The notes under the pieces are model-generated. The model ran no database searches. It saw only the letters and a program-made list of their open reading frames with translations, and had not been told where the DNA came from. DNA of 64,000 bases from Candidatus Falkowbacteria bacterium (lineage in GTDB: Bacteria; Patescibacteriota; Patescibacteriia; CAIXNZ01), in assembly GCA_963774955.1 (NCBI GenBank), contig CAVZGV010000004.1:296716-360715 (forward strand). The letters run 5' to 3'. This document shows, piece by piece, positions 27,401-36,789 of this stretch; positions within the stretch are counted from its first letter, which is position 1, and the number at the start of each line of letters is the position of its first letter. Made by a program: the position numbers and the translations under genes.

Positions 27401-28295
27401 TGAAGCTCGTCCGCCTAAGCGTAAAGCTATATTGGCCGAAGAAGACGGCCTGGCTTCTATTTCTGATGCGCCCAAGAAAATTGAAGATGCCAAGGGCCGG
27501 GTTATATTTAGCTCCACCCATGGCCAAAAGATATTGAAGATAAAATTTGATGATGTGGAAGATGATTCATATTCCTTTAAAGGTCAAGCTCCGACCTTAA
27601 AAGTTAAAGAAGGGGACAAGGTCGTTAAAGATGAAGTTTTGTTTAAATTAGGTAAAACAGAAATGAAAGTTAAACGAGATGGCGTAGTTAAGATTACTGA
27701 AAAAACCGTAAAAGTAGTCTGTAATGTTGAAAAGGAAAAAGAATATCTCATCCCCTCAGGCTATCGTTTATGGATCAATGACGGAGATTTTGTAAAAAAA
27801 GGCGATCAACTGACAGAAGGCAGTTTGGATTTACATCAATTATATAAACTTAAAGGACGCGATGAAGTCAAGCGTTATGTGGTTAAAGAAATTCAGTATA
27901 TTTATGCTTCCCAAGGCCAGCGTTTAAATGAAAAGCATATTGAAGTTATTATTAAACAGTTGTTTAGCCGTGTCTTAATTAAAGATGCCGGTGATACCAA
28001 TTTATTGCCTGGCGAAATAGTGGAAAAAGCTGAAATGGATGAAGCTAATATAGAGATTGATAAAACCAAGGGCAAACAGGCCACTTCTGAAGAATTATTC
28101 CTGGGCATTACCAAAGTCTCATTGACTACCCGCAGTTTCTTGTCTGCCGCTTCTTTCCAGGAAACATCACGTGTCTTGATCAATGCGGCCTTGACCGGCA
28201 AGATTGATAAACTGGAAGGCTTGAAAGAAAATGTGATTATTGGCCGCTTGATTCCGGCCGGCACCGGCTTTAGGAAGAAAAGTAAAGATGAGTAA
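24408..28295 (+). CDS. rpoC: DNA-directed RNA polymerase subunit beta'
   Basis: 1295 aa with NADFDGDQMAVHVP and zinc-binding cysteines. Confidence 0.95.
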   Translation: MIFNQTKPLEFDGIRLKLASPDVIRIWSHGEVTKPETINYRTQKPEKDGLFCEKIFGPSKDWECYCGKYKKIRYKGIICDKCGVEVTHSMVRRERMGHIELCSPVSHIWFLRGVPSRLGLVLDISVQSLEKVIYFASFVITSVNQDLKNQAMEQLKEEYKNKKKQIEANFKNRVNQIKTNKDLKEKEQDKKIIELNKERDLESAEFEKEYVKTETDLKELKVKKIISEDQYQDLSLKFGHLFEVAIGAEAVRKLLEVIDLEKTIKSLDAELEEAIGTKKERAVKRIKLIKNLVKNKIRPEWMILNMIPVIPPDLRPMVPLDGGRFATSDLNDLYRRVINRNNRLKKLKELNAPEVIIRNEKRMLQEAVDALLDNSARHSKTTTASTGQKRQLKSIADILKGKQGRFRQNLLGKRTDYSGRSVIVVGPNLKLGQCGLPKRMALELFKPFVISQLIKREFVHNIRSANRFIESNRPEIWDILEEIVKDAHVLLNRAPTLHRLGIQAFKPTLIEGKAIQLHPLVCAAFNADFDGDQMAVHVPLTDQAKNEAKELMLSSKNLLKPATGNPIATPRMDMVWGCYYITELKKLRENLRSFGSFEEAVLAYNSKIITVSEEIEARDILPGKKKPERIITNVGRILFNRLLPPELGFFNEQVTSKNLGDLIKFSLEIVGKDRTAKLLDDIKDLGFKFLTLSGYSWGMEDLPELPGKQILVDAGDVQIDEVNDQFQQGLLTKSERHSKIIEIWTAVKDKIVQLGKDSLSKEGPVFSMVTSGARGSWTQVTQMVGMKGLVSNPAGEIIELPVKASFKEGFDVLEYFISTHGSRKGLSDTALRTANAGYLTRRLVDVSQDVVVREEDCGDKKGMLYTKKDSDEIGVNIMERVWGRVSLEKITDPKTNEVIVDKDQLITEAVVRKLLPLDLEQITVRSVLTCKMTKGLCTKCYGYDLGYNEMVKLGVAVGIIAAQSIGEPGTQLTMRTFHTGGVAGTDITQGLPRVEELFEARPPKRKAILAEEDGLASISDAPKKIEDAKGRVIFSSTHGQKILKIKFDDVEDDSYSFKGQAPTLKVKEGDKVVKDEVLFKLGKTEMKVKRDGVVKITEKTVKVVCNVEKEKEYLIPSGYRLWINDGDFVKKGDQLTEGSLDLHQLYKLKGRDEVKRYVVKEIQYIYASQGQRLNEKHIEVIIKQLFSRVLIKDAGDTNLLPGEIVEKAEMDEANIEIDKTKGKQATSEELFLGITKVSLTTRSFLSAASFQETSRVLINAALTGKIDKLEGLKENVIIGRLIPAGTGFRKKSKDE

Positions 28296-28325
28296 GCAGG
28301 ATTTAAAGAACAATACAATTAAATA

Positions 28326-28361
28326 GAAAAAACACCTCTCGGAAACGGGGGTGTTTTTTTT
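28326..28361 (+). terminator. rho-independent terminator of rpoC (copy 1 of a duplicated roughly 35 bp sequence)
   Basis: aaaaaacacctctcggaaacgggggtgtttttttt. Confidence 0.7.
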
Positions 28362-28493
28362 GTATTAATTTTTATGATGATTTTATAAAAATTTCATCTG
28401 TTTGCGGTATAATTAAGTCAAATTATGGCTTTACTGCCGCCTGCGCTTAAGTTATAATTAGTACAGGTATGCTTAATTATTTTTTAAAGTTTT

Positions 28494-28769
28494 ATGACTC
28501 TCAAATCCGCGCATTTTTCTCAAAAACTGACAATCACCTTGTTAGTTTTTTTATTTATCTTTTCCCAGCCTGGCATTTTGCTGGCGGCCGAAGAAGCTGT
28601 AAATGACAATACCGTTTCGGTTAACACGACCGAATCCCCGGCCGAACCGGCCACTGACACTTCAGCTCAGCCGGCTGTAACTCCTGAAACACCGACAGCC
28701 CAGACGGTTCAGATCAGGCTACGGCTGATGCGGTCAAAGCTGACACGGAAACGCCAGATCAAGGCATGA
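28494..28769 (+). CDS. signal-peptide-bearing N-terminal segment, probably the true N-terminus of the giant RHS protein separated by a frameshift
   Basis: Signal peptide MTLKSAHFSQKLTITLLVFLFIFSQPGILLAAEE plus a PT-rich linker. The last 20 residues (RLRLMRSKLTRKRQIKA) look out of frame. The giant ORF frame upstream of its ATG reads linker-like sequence (DGSDQATADAVKADTETPDQG). Confidence 0.4.
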   Translation: MTLKSAHFSQKLTITLLVFLFIFSQPGILLAAEEAVNDNTVSVNTTESPAEPATDTSAQPAVTPETPTAQTVQIRLRLMRSKLTRKRQIKA

Positions 28770-31700
28770 ATACTTTAGACAGTTCCGGAGGAGAGGTGTA
28801 CGGAGACGTCTCCAATATTACTGATTCGCCCAAAACCAATAAATCAAATTTGGAAGTTGATCAGAACTCTGGTGCCTTATTATATAAATACCCGATACAA
28901 GTTCCTCCGGGCAGAAACGGCCTGCAACCTGACTTGGCTTTGAGTTACAATAGTCAGGATTTAAAATACGACAGTGAATTCGGTTATGGCTGGGGTATAA
29001 CTATTCCATACATTGAAAGGTTGCTTAAAAAAGGTATTGATAAGGCGTATACTGAAAATTATTTTACATCGTCTTTGAGCGGAGAATTGGAAGATGTTAG
29101 TTTGAGCGATGGGCATCACGGCACTTATGGCGCTAAAGTTGATAGCGGAGATTTTCTTAAATACGAGTTTAATACCAGTAACTATTGGTTGGTAACCGAT
29201 AAAAAGGGGACTGTGTACAAATTTGGATACAATGCTTCAGCTCGCCAGAATGATCCTAGTGACAGCTCACATGTGTTTAAATGGATGTTGGAGGAAGTCC
29301 GCGATACCAATAATAATTACATTAAATATGAGTATTATAAAGATAATGGTCAGATTTATCCCTCGGCGATAAAATATACCGGCTATAATACGACTGACGG
29401 AATTTTCGAAATAGATTTTTTAAGAGAAAGCCGGAGCAATGACTACGTTTCTTATAAAGAGGGTTTTGAAGCAACAACTGGTTATAGGATTTATGAAATC
29501 CAGGCCAAAGTTAGTGGGACATGGGCTAGAAAATATGAGCTGGACTATACGGCATCAAGTGAAAATGATTGGCAGGAATTATTAACTTCTATAACTGAAA
29601 GTGGCAATGACGGTAGTCAGACAATCAGTTTACCAGTTACTACGTTTACTTACCAAACGAATGGAGGATACGTTTTTTATACTCAGGATCAGAATGTTGA
29701 TTTTCCAACTAAAGCATATAATGCGATGTGGAACGGTCATGCCAGCAACGGCACTTTTTCAACTGATGCAAATGGCGACGGCCTATCCGATATTGTCCAA
29801 TATAAAGTAGGTTATACAAACTGCCAATATTCTTTAAGCAGAAGTTTTTTAAGTAACGGGAACGGTTGGGATGAATCAAGTGAATGGACTTCATTTAATT
29901 TAGCTAAAGAACAATATTGCCATAGTAATGGAGATTTTAGCGTATATTTAAGACCTGCGATTTTTATCGATATAAACGGAGATGGTTTATCTGATTTTGT
30001 GAAAAGTGGAATTAGATTAAATAACTCTGCTAATCAAGACTATGTAAGTATCAGCTGGAATATTCCCTTATCATTAACCGATGCCAATGGCTATGGAATT
30101 CAAGACTACGTTCATCTTGGAGATTTTAACGGCGACGGACTAGTTGATTATTTTGCTAAATATTACATAAATGGAAATTGGCATATGGATATTATGCCCA
30201 ATTTAGGTAATGGCTGGTATGTTGATAATACTTGGAGTTTCCCAAGTTATCTGAGCGATGGCATAATTTATAATCACGGCATTAAATTCGCGGATATTAA
30301 CGGTGATAGCCTGGACGATATATTGGTATCGCAGAATGATGACCAATACGGGACAATAAGAAAAGTATATTTAAACACCGGTGCCAAAAGTTGGGCGGAA
30401 ACAACTGATTTTACAATTTCTAGCAGCCTTGTTTTTTTTATCAGGCATACAAATCCCGATCAAAATATGGTTATGCCTATAGAATTTAATGATCTAAACA
30501 AGGACGGTTTAACTGATGTTATTTATGACGAGAGTGTTTATATAAATGACGGTTCGACCTTTATTGATACTACTGATATTACCTCTTTTTATAGCCCTTA
30601 TTTTGGTCAAATCTCCGGCCGAAATTTCATGGAAATAAACGGAGATGGTATGCCCGATTATTCCATATCCTCCAAGTCAGGCATTGATGAATCATATTGG
30701 GTCGGTTCCCAATATGAAAATTCAGAAGATTTAAGTAGTATTTCTAAATCGGTGTATATTAATCAAAAAAAGCCTTCGGGATTATTGATAGGTGTTGAAA
30801 ATTCCAAAGGCGGGTCAATGGAAGTTACTTACAAAGGTTCGGGTGAATACAAAGGTAGTAATGATAATTTACTAAATCCGCATTTGCCGGTGATTGTCCA
30901 GACCGTCTCCCAGATCACCTACAATGACGGCCTAAATAATTCATGGTCGGAAAATTACCAGTACGCCAACGGTGAATACTATTTTTCTGACTACCTGAAT
31001 CGCAAGCTGGCGGGATTTGGTTTGGTGACAAAGACTGATGCGGGAGGGAATGTTACGAAGTCATATTTTCATCAGGGGAATACTACTGACTCAAGTCATG
31101 GCGAATATTCTGATGATGTTTCCAAGATCGGCAAGGTTTATCGCGCAGAAGTTTATGATGACTCGGATAACTTATATTCAAAGTCCATTAATAAATGGGA
31201 AAATTATGATTTGGGGAATGACAGGGATTTTGTGAAGTTAACGCAAACGATTAGTTTTAGTTATGACGGTAATACAAGTCATAAGGACAAGGCTGAAACT
31301 TACACTTATGACAATGCGACCGGCAATTTGACGCAGAAAGTTACCTGGGGCGAGGTGACGGGTTCGGATAACGGCACGTACACGGACACCGGAACGGATA
31401 AATTTACGACTGATATAGACTATGCGGCCACTACGGGTAGCGCAGTCATTGGCTTGCCAAGCCAGGAGACGACTGAAGATCAAAGCAGTAATAAAGTTAA
31501 GGAAACCAAGTATTATTATGACAGTCTGACTTTGGGCAATGTGGATAAAGGCAATCTGACCAAACAGGAAATGTGGAAATCAGGCACCAGTTATATTGAT
31601 GTTGAAAAGACATATAATTCTTACGGCATAGTTACCCAGGAAAAGGATCCGCGCGATAAGACAACGGATTATACTTATGATTCATATAATTTGTATCCGG

Positions 31701-34700
31701 CGACTGTTACTAATGCGTTAGACCTGGATACTGATTATGAATATGATTATTCTTCAGGCAAGCCGACCCAGGTGACTGATCCTAATGGGCGGGTGTTTCA
31801 GACAGTTTATGATGCCCTGGACAGGGTAAAACAGGAAAAACAGCCGGATTTAACCACGCCGAGTACTTTGGTGGTTAAAACTGAATATACATACACTGAT
31901 AATACCGTACCGAGCAAAGTTCAGCAGACAAATAATCTGGATTCTTCAACGAGTTTTGATATTTATACTTATCTTGACGGTTTTGGACGAAAAATTCAGG
32001 AAAGAAAAGAGGCCGAGGCTTCAAATACATTTAGTGTCAAAGATTTTGCTTACAATGACCTTGGCCTGGTGGACAGGGAATCTTTGCCGTACTTTTCGAC
32101 CGGCACATCCAGAACAACCGCCACCACTGATAATTCGCTTTATACCAGTTACACTTATGATCCTTTGCAAAGAGTCGCCACCTCAACTAATGCAGTTGGC
32201 ACCACCACGAATACTTATGACGACTGGAAACTGACCATTACTGACGCGGAAAGCAATGTTAAGGATTTGTACAAAGATGCTTATGATAATTTAGTCCAGG
32301 TTGATGAACATAATGACTCAAGTACCTATACCACGACTTACGGGTATAATGGTCTGGGAAATTTATTAAATATTACTGATTCTCAGGATAATGTCAGGAA
32401 TTTTACTTATGACGGACTTGGCCGCAGATTAACAGCCGAGGATTTGCATGATCCTGAAGACGAATATTTTGGCGAGTGGACGTATGGTTATGATGATTCA
32501 GGTAATTTAACTTCCAGAACTGACCCCAATTCCCAGACAGTAAACTGGACTTATGATGATTTGAACCGCGTTTTGACTGAGGATTACACGGGTCAAAGCG
32601 GAACCGAAGTGGCTTATGTTTATGACACTGGAACGGACGGAATTGGCAGGCTTTATACGGCCACAACACCTGACGTGGTTACGACTCATACTTACAATCC
32701 GCTGGGCGGAGTGAAAACTGAAAATAAATACATTGATTCAACCAATTATCTGACCGAGTTTGCTTATGACCGCCAGGGAAACCAGACCTTGATTACTTAT
32801 CCGAGCGAAGATGAAGTTAAATACGAATACAACACGGCCGGGCTTTTGGAAAAGATTCAAAATAAACCAGCCGGTGAACAGTCTTTTACAGACCTGGTCA
32901 GCGATTATGATTATTCGCCTTTGGAGCAGGTAACTTATCAGGAAGACGCCAATGGCGTTAAAACCTTTAATACTTATGACGAGCAAAAATTGTACCGCCT
33001 AAAAGAGAAAATCACAGCCAGTCCGGATGAAGGTGATTATGGTGAAGGGATGTTTAATATGGCAATGGCTGTCCCGAGCGCAGGTGTCATTCAGAGCGGT
33101 AGCGAAGAATCCATTGCCCCCGCCACAACCGGAATCCTTTCAGCGCTCGGCGTTACTGCGGATTCGCCGTTGACGAGCGCAGGTGTCATTCAGAGCGATA
33201 GCGTGGAATCCATTGCCCCCGCCACAACCGGAATCCTTTCAGCGCTCGGCGTTACTGCGGATTCTCCCTTAACCCCGCTCATAAACAGTGTAACCATGGC
33301 TACGGAAAGTTTAGGTCTGGTTAAGGATCCTCAAATAGAACCGTTACCGGTTAAGCCTGGGGAAAAAGTCCAGCGGGATTTCCTCGGCCGGCCGGTTGAT
33401 TATTCCAATTATCCCAAAGATACCACGGTTTACATTAAAACAGATCCAAACGCCAAATCTCAGGAATTGCCTAAAGAAGCGATTGAAGCCTATGATAAAG
33501 CGGCTGCCAAGCCTCAACCCGAGCCTGAATTAAAGACTTTATTGCCCCAGGAGGCTGTTGATTATTACAACAGTCAGGCTCAAACATCACCAGGCGACGG
33601 CTCCATGATGCTTTTGGAAAGCGTTAATCCACCTAATCCGTCAACGAATTTACAAACTGAAAATTTATGGAAAAGCGACAATATAATCTACAATTCCGGT
33701 TTTGAAGACGGATTTGCATACTGGCAGTGGCAAAATAAGCAGGGCGATACGCATACGGAAGATTGCACAGTTTCCTACAGCGGTTCCTGTTCGGAAAAAG
33801 TTACCATTGCCACTTCAGGTAATTTTTGGGAAACCCAAGTTTACCAGGTTTTAAGGCTGGATGAGAATATTAATTACAAACTGCGTTTTAAGGCCAAAGC
33901 TTCAACAGCCATCACATTTAGCCTGGAAGCCGTGCAAAACCACACGCCATTCAATGACCTGGGCTTGTGGAAAGGGGATTTAAGCATTGGCACTGACTGG
34001 CAGGAATACGAATATACTTTTACTGCTTTGGCAAGCGATCAGGACGCCAGAGTAACCTTTTATCTGGGCGCCAATGCGGCAGATTACTGGTTTGACGATA
34101 TTGAACTCATACCCGATGCTCTCAATATGCTGAAAAATACCAGTTTTGAAAACAATCTTGATAATTGGGAATTTTATGATTACAACAGCACCAGCGAAAA
34201 TACCCGAGACTGCGCAGAAGCGTCTGACGGCGACTGCAATAACAAGGTGGAAAATATGCAGAGCGGTGAATGGTGGCAGGTTTCCCTTAACCAGCCGATT
34301 TCAGTGGTGGCTGACCAGACCTATATTCTGACGTTTTACGCTCATTCCAATTACGATACTCGAATAGCCAAGGTGGCAATCGCCAAGAATTACAGTCCCT
34401 GGACTGATTTGACCGCCATTGCCGAATTTCACACCAACTGGAACGGCGGTTTTGCCAAATACCAGATTGAGCTGACCCCGAACGCCACTGAAAGCAACGC
34501 CCGCCTGATCTTTTATCTGGGCGATGATCAGGGCTGGATTAAGCTGGACAGTCTGCGCTTATGGCCTCAGCAGGCGACTAAGGTTTCAGATTCAACCCCT
34601 GAATTCTCCGCGATTTATGATGATCCGGATTCCGGGGATTATGCAACAGATTACCAGATACAATTAATCAAATATGATGGGAACTGGTCGAACCCCATCT

Positions 34701-36454
34701 GGGATAGTGGGAAGACATCGTTTAATTCTAACGTTTTAGAAGGTAACAGGACTGAAGACATTATTTATGACGGCGACGCCTTGCCTTTGGACGGCATGAA
34801 ATACAAGTGGCGCATCAAGTTATGGGACGAGTCGGATAATGAGGGTGTCTGGACTAATGGCGAGGACTTTTTCATTATGAATGGCAAGCGGATTCAGGAT
34901 TTAAGTTACACCTACGATGATGTGGGCAATATTACGCAGATTATTGACGAGTCTGAAACCAACACGAAGAAAGCCGCCAACTACGCTTATGATGATTTAT
35001 ATCGCTTAACATTGGCCACAATTACGGATTCCGCGACTGATGAGGATTACACTCAGACGTACACTTATGATTCATTAGGTAATTTTACAGACAGGTCAGA
35101 TGTCGGGGATTATGATTATGACGGCAATACCGGGACAAGTTATGCCAATCCGCATGCGGTTACCAGCGTACAGAATGACGCAGTAGCCATAAACTATGAT
35201 CATAATGGTAATTTAACCAGTGAGATTTTAAGCCAGTATCAATGGACGATCTTTGAGGCGGAGTGGGATTACAATAACCGGATGATAAGTTCAGGAGGCT
35301 GGTCAGCAGAAACCGTGTACAGCTATGATCACAGCGGGCAGAGGATTGTGAAGGACACCGGCGATGAATATAGCGGTATTACTACTATTTATGCGAACAA
35401 GTACTACAACGAGCGGACGAACAAGGAAACGTCGGAATTGACCAAGACATTGAATATTTATGACAATAAAGGGAATTTAGTTGCTACGGGCGAAGAAGTC
35501 GGAGAAACTAGTAATATTTATTACGTAAATGGTGACCATTTGGGAAGTTCCAGCGTTATGACGACTGATACAGGGGACATGGAACAGGTGGTTGACTATT
35601 TTCCGTATGGAAATATGCGGTTTAATGAGCAGAGAGTACAAAATGAAAGCTATGATCAGAAGGAAAAATTTTCCGGAAAAATTTTCGATCAGGATGCAGC
35701 TGGGTTGTCATATTTCGGAACCAGGTACTATTCTGGTGAAGCAGGGAAGTTTATTAGTGAGGATCCTGTGTTTTTAGCAGTTGGTGATAATGAAAATATA
35801 AAAAGGTTAGCAAGAATTGAATTACAGCAGTATTTATCCAATCCGCAGATAATGAATAGTTATTCATATTCCTATAACAATCCTTTGATTTATAAGGATG
35901 GTGATGGTAACTTTGCATTTTTGATCCCCATTGCTGCTTATGCAGTCGCTACTGCACCAGTATGGGTACCAGCAGTAATTACCTGGTCTGCCGCCACTAC
36001 TTTAGCCATTAGCACACCACTTGTCGGGGGACAAATATATTCATATGCTAAAGGAGATAATGCAACTGGGAATCAGATGGGTGATGTCGCGATGGGGGTT
36101 ATGGGGATTGAGGCAGGTGTAGCTGGCGGTATTATGTCCATAGATAAAATGTTGAGTTCATCTTATAATAAGCCGGCAAATAGAACAAAATCTAACAGTA
36201 AATCAGCCCCCCTTTTTTCAAGTCATGCACAAATGCGTATGGAGCAAAGAGGAATTTCGATAGATCAAGTTAAGAATGTAATGGAAAATAATAAACCATT
36301 TAATTATTATCACGAAAATAATTGGAAAACTGGGTATTATGATCAATCTAGTAAAGTATTCGTCGCACAAGCAAATGAAAGTGGGCAGGTCATAACCGTA
36401 ATAAACGATGTAAGTCCGCAATATATTAGTAATTTACAATCACTAAAACCATGA
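28766..36454 (+). CDS. giant TcB/TcC-like RHS-repeat polymorphic toxin (2562 aa): SpvB N-domain, FG-GAP repeats, RHS/YD repeats, 2 CBM4/9-like modules, RHS core, DUF4258-like C-terminal toxin
   Basis: SpvB-like LYKYPIQVPPGRNGLQPDLALSYNSQ...GYGWG. Six DxNGDGxxD FG-GAP repeats. Many YD repeats. NSGFEDG...W CBM-like modules. RHS core YYVNGDHLGSSSVMTTD...DYFPYGN...RYYSGEAGKFISEDP. C-terminal HAQMRMEQRGISIDQVKNV... resembles DUF4258. Confidence 0.85.
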   Translation: MNTLDSSGGEVYGDVSNITDSPKTNKSNLEVDQNSGALLYKYPIQVPPGRNGLQPDLALSYNSQDLKYDSEFGYGWGITIPYIERLLKKGIDKAYTENYFTSSLSGELEDVSLSDGHHGTYGAKVDSGDFLKYEFNTSNYWLVTDKKGTVYKFGYNASARQNDPSDSSHVFKWMLEEVRDTNNNYIKYEYYKDNGQIYPSAIKYTGYNTTDGIFEIDFLRESRSNDYVSYKEGFEATTGYRIYEIQAKVSGTWARKYELDYTASSENDWQELLTSITESGNDGSQTISLPVTTFTYQTNGGYVFYTQDQNVDFPTKAYNAMWNGHASNGTFSTDANGDGLSDIVQYKVGYTNCQYSLSRSFLSNGNGWDESSEWTSFNLAKEQYCHSNGDFSVYLRPAIFIDINGDGLSDFVKSGIRLNNSANQDYVSISWNIPLSLTDANGYGIQDYVHLGDFNGDGLVDYFAKYYINGNWHMDIMPNLGNGWYVDNTWSFPSYLSDGIIYNHGIKFADINGDSLDDILVSQNDDQYGTIRKVYLNTGAKSWAETTDFTISSSLVFFIRHTNPDQNMVMPIEFNDLNKDGLTDVIYDESVYINDGSTFIDTTDITSFYSPYFGQISGRNFMEINGDGMPDYSISSKSGIDESYWVGSQYENSEDLSSISKSVYINQKKPSGLLIGVENSKGGSMEVTYKGSGEYKGSNDNLLNPHLPVIVQTVSQITYNDGLNNSWSENYQYANGEYYFSDYLNRKLAGFGLVTKTDAGGNVTKSYFHQGNTTDSSHGEYSDDVSKIGKVYRAEVYDDSDNLYSKSINKWENYDLGNDRDFVKLTQTISFSYDGNTSHKDKAETYTYDNATGNLTQKVTWGEVTGSDNGTYTDTGTDKFTTDIDYAATTGSAVIGLPSQETTEDQSSNKVKETKYYYDSLTLGNVDKGNLTKQEMWKSGTSYIDVEKTYNSYGIVTQEKDPRDKTTDYTYDSYNLYPATVTNALDLDTDYEYDYSSGKPTQVTDPNGRVFQTVYDALDRVKQEKQPDLTTPSTLVVKTEYTYTDNTVPSKVQQTNNLDSSTSFDIYTYLDGFGRKIQERKEAEASNTFSVKDFAYNDLGLVDRESLPYFSTGTSRTTATTDNSLYTSYTYDPLQRVATSTNAVGTTTNTYDDWKLTITDAESNVKDLYKDAYDNLVQVDEHNDSSTYTTTYGYNGLGNLLNITDSQDNVRNFTYDGLGRRLTAEDLHDPEDEYFGEWTYGYDDSGNLTSRTDPNSQTVNWTYDDLNRVLTEDYTGQSGTEVAYVYDTGTDGIGRLYTATTPDVVTTHTYNPLGGVKTENKYIDSTNYLTEFAYDRQGNQTLITYPSEDEVKYEYNTAGLLEKIQNKPAGEQSFTDLVSDYDYSPLEQVTYQEDANGVKTFNTYDEQKLYRLKEKITASPDEGDYGEGMFNMAMAVPSAGVIQSGSEESIAPATTGILSALGVTADSPLTSAGVIQSDSVESIAPATTGILSALGVTADSPLTPLINSVTMATESLGLVKDPQIEPLPVKPGEKVQRDFLGRPVDYSNYPKDTTVYIKTDPNAKSQELPKEAIEAYDKAAAKPQPEPELKTLLPQEAVDYYNSQAQTSPGDGSMMLLESVNPPNPSTNLQTENLWKSDNIIYNSGFEDGFAYWQWQNKQGDTHTEDCTVSYSGSCSEKVTIATSGNFWETQVYQVLRLDENINYKLRFKAKASTAITFSLEAVQNHTPFNDLGLWKGDLSIGTDWQEYEYTFTALASDQDARVTFYLGANAADYWFDDIELIPDALNMLKNTSFENNLDNWEFYDYNSTSENTRDCAEASDGDCNNKVENMQSGEWWQVSLNQPISVVADQTYILTFYAHSNYDTRIAKVAIAKNYSPWTDLTAIAEFHTNWNGGFAKYQIELTPNATESNARLIFYLGDDQGWIKLDSLRLWPQQATKVSDSTPEFSAIYDDPDSGDYATDYQIQLIKYDGNWSNPIWDSGKTSFNSNVLEGNRTEDIIYDGDALPLDGMKYKWRIKLWDESDNEGVWTNGEDFFIMNGKRIQDLSYTYDDVGNITQIIDESETNTKKAANYAYDDLYRLTLATITDSATDEDYTQTYTYDSLGNFTDRSDVGDYDYDGNTGTSYANPHAVTSVQNDAVAINYDHNGNLTSEILSQYQWTIFEAEWDYNNRMISSGGWSAETVYSYDHSGQRIVKDTGDEYSGITTIYANKYYNERTNKETSELTKTLNIYDNKGNLVATGEEVGETSNIYYVNGDHLGSSSVMTTDTGDMEQVVDYFPYGNMRFNEQRVQNESYDQKEKFSGKIFDQDAAGLSYFGTRYYSGEAGKFISEDPVFLAVGDNENIKRLARIELQQYLSNPQIMNSYSYSYNNPLIYKDGDGNFAFLIPIAAYAVATAPVWVPAVITWSAATTLAISTPLVGGQIYSYAKGDNATGNQMGDVAMGVMGIEAGVAGGIMSIDKMLSSSYNKPANRTKSNSKSAPLFSSHAQMRMEQRGISIDQVKNVMENNKPFNYYHENNWKTGYYDQSSKVFVAQANESGQVITVINDVSPQYISNLQSLKP

Positions 36455-36681
36455 AAATCACTTATGACAAATCTATAGATGCGGTATACATATATTTAAT
36501 TCCTAATCAAAGAATCCACCCGGGATGGTCTAAAAAAACTTATCCTTGTGACCCCAAAGAAGTAAATGGCATGATTAATTTAGACTTTGATAATAAAGGT
36601 AGGCTGGGTGGGATTGAAATAATTGGAGCTAGTCAAAAATTACCAAAAGAAATTATCGATTCAGCTGAAGTTATTGGTTAG
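36451..36681 (+). CDS. DUF2283-like immunity/antitoxin protein (cognate to the DUF4258 toxin tip)
   Basis: MKITYDKSIDAVYIYL...INLDFDNKGRLGGIEIIGAS matches the DUF2283 pattern. ATGA overlap with the toxin stop. Confidence 0.6.
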   Translation: MKITYDKSIDAVYIYLIPNQRIHPGWSKKTYPCDPKEVNGMINLDFDNKGRLGGIEIIGASQKLPKEIIDSAEVIG

Positions 36682-36789
36682 TCCACAGTAATCGGTTTAG
36701 TTTTCATAAATACTGATAAATAGAGTTGTTCAAAATAGAATGAGTAAATAGCTAAGTTCTTTTAAAACTTAACAATTTAATTAATTTAA

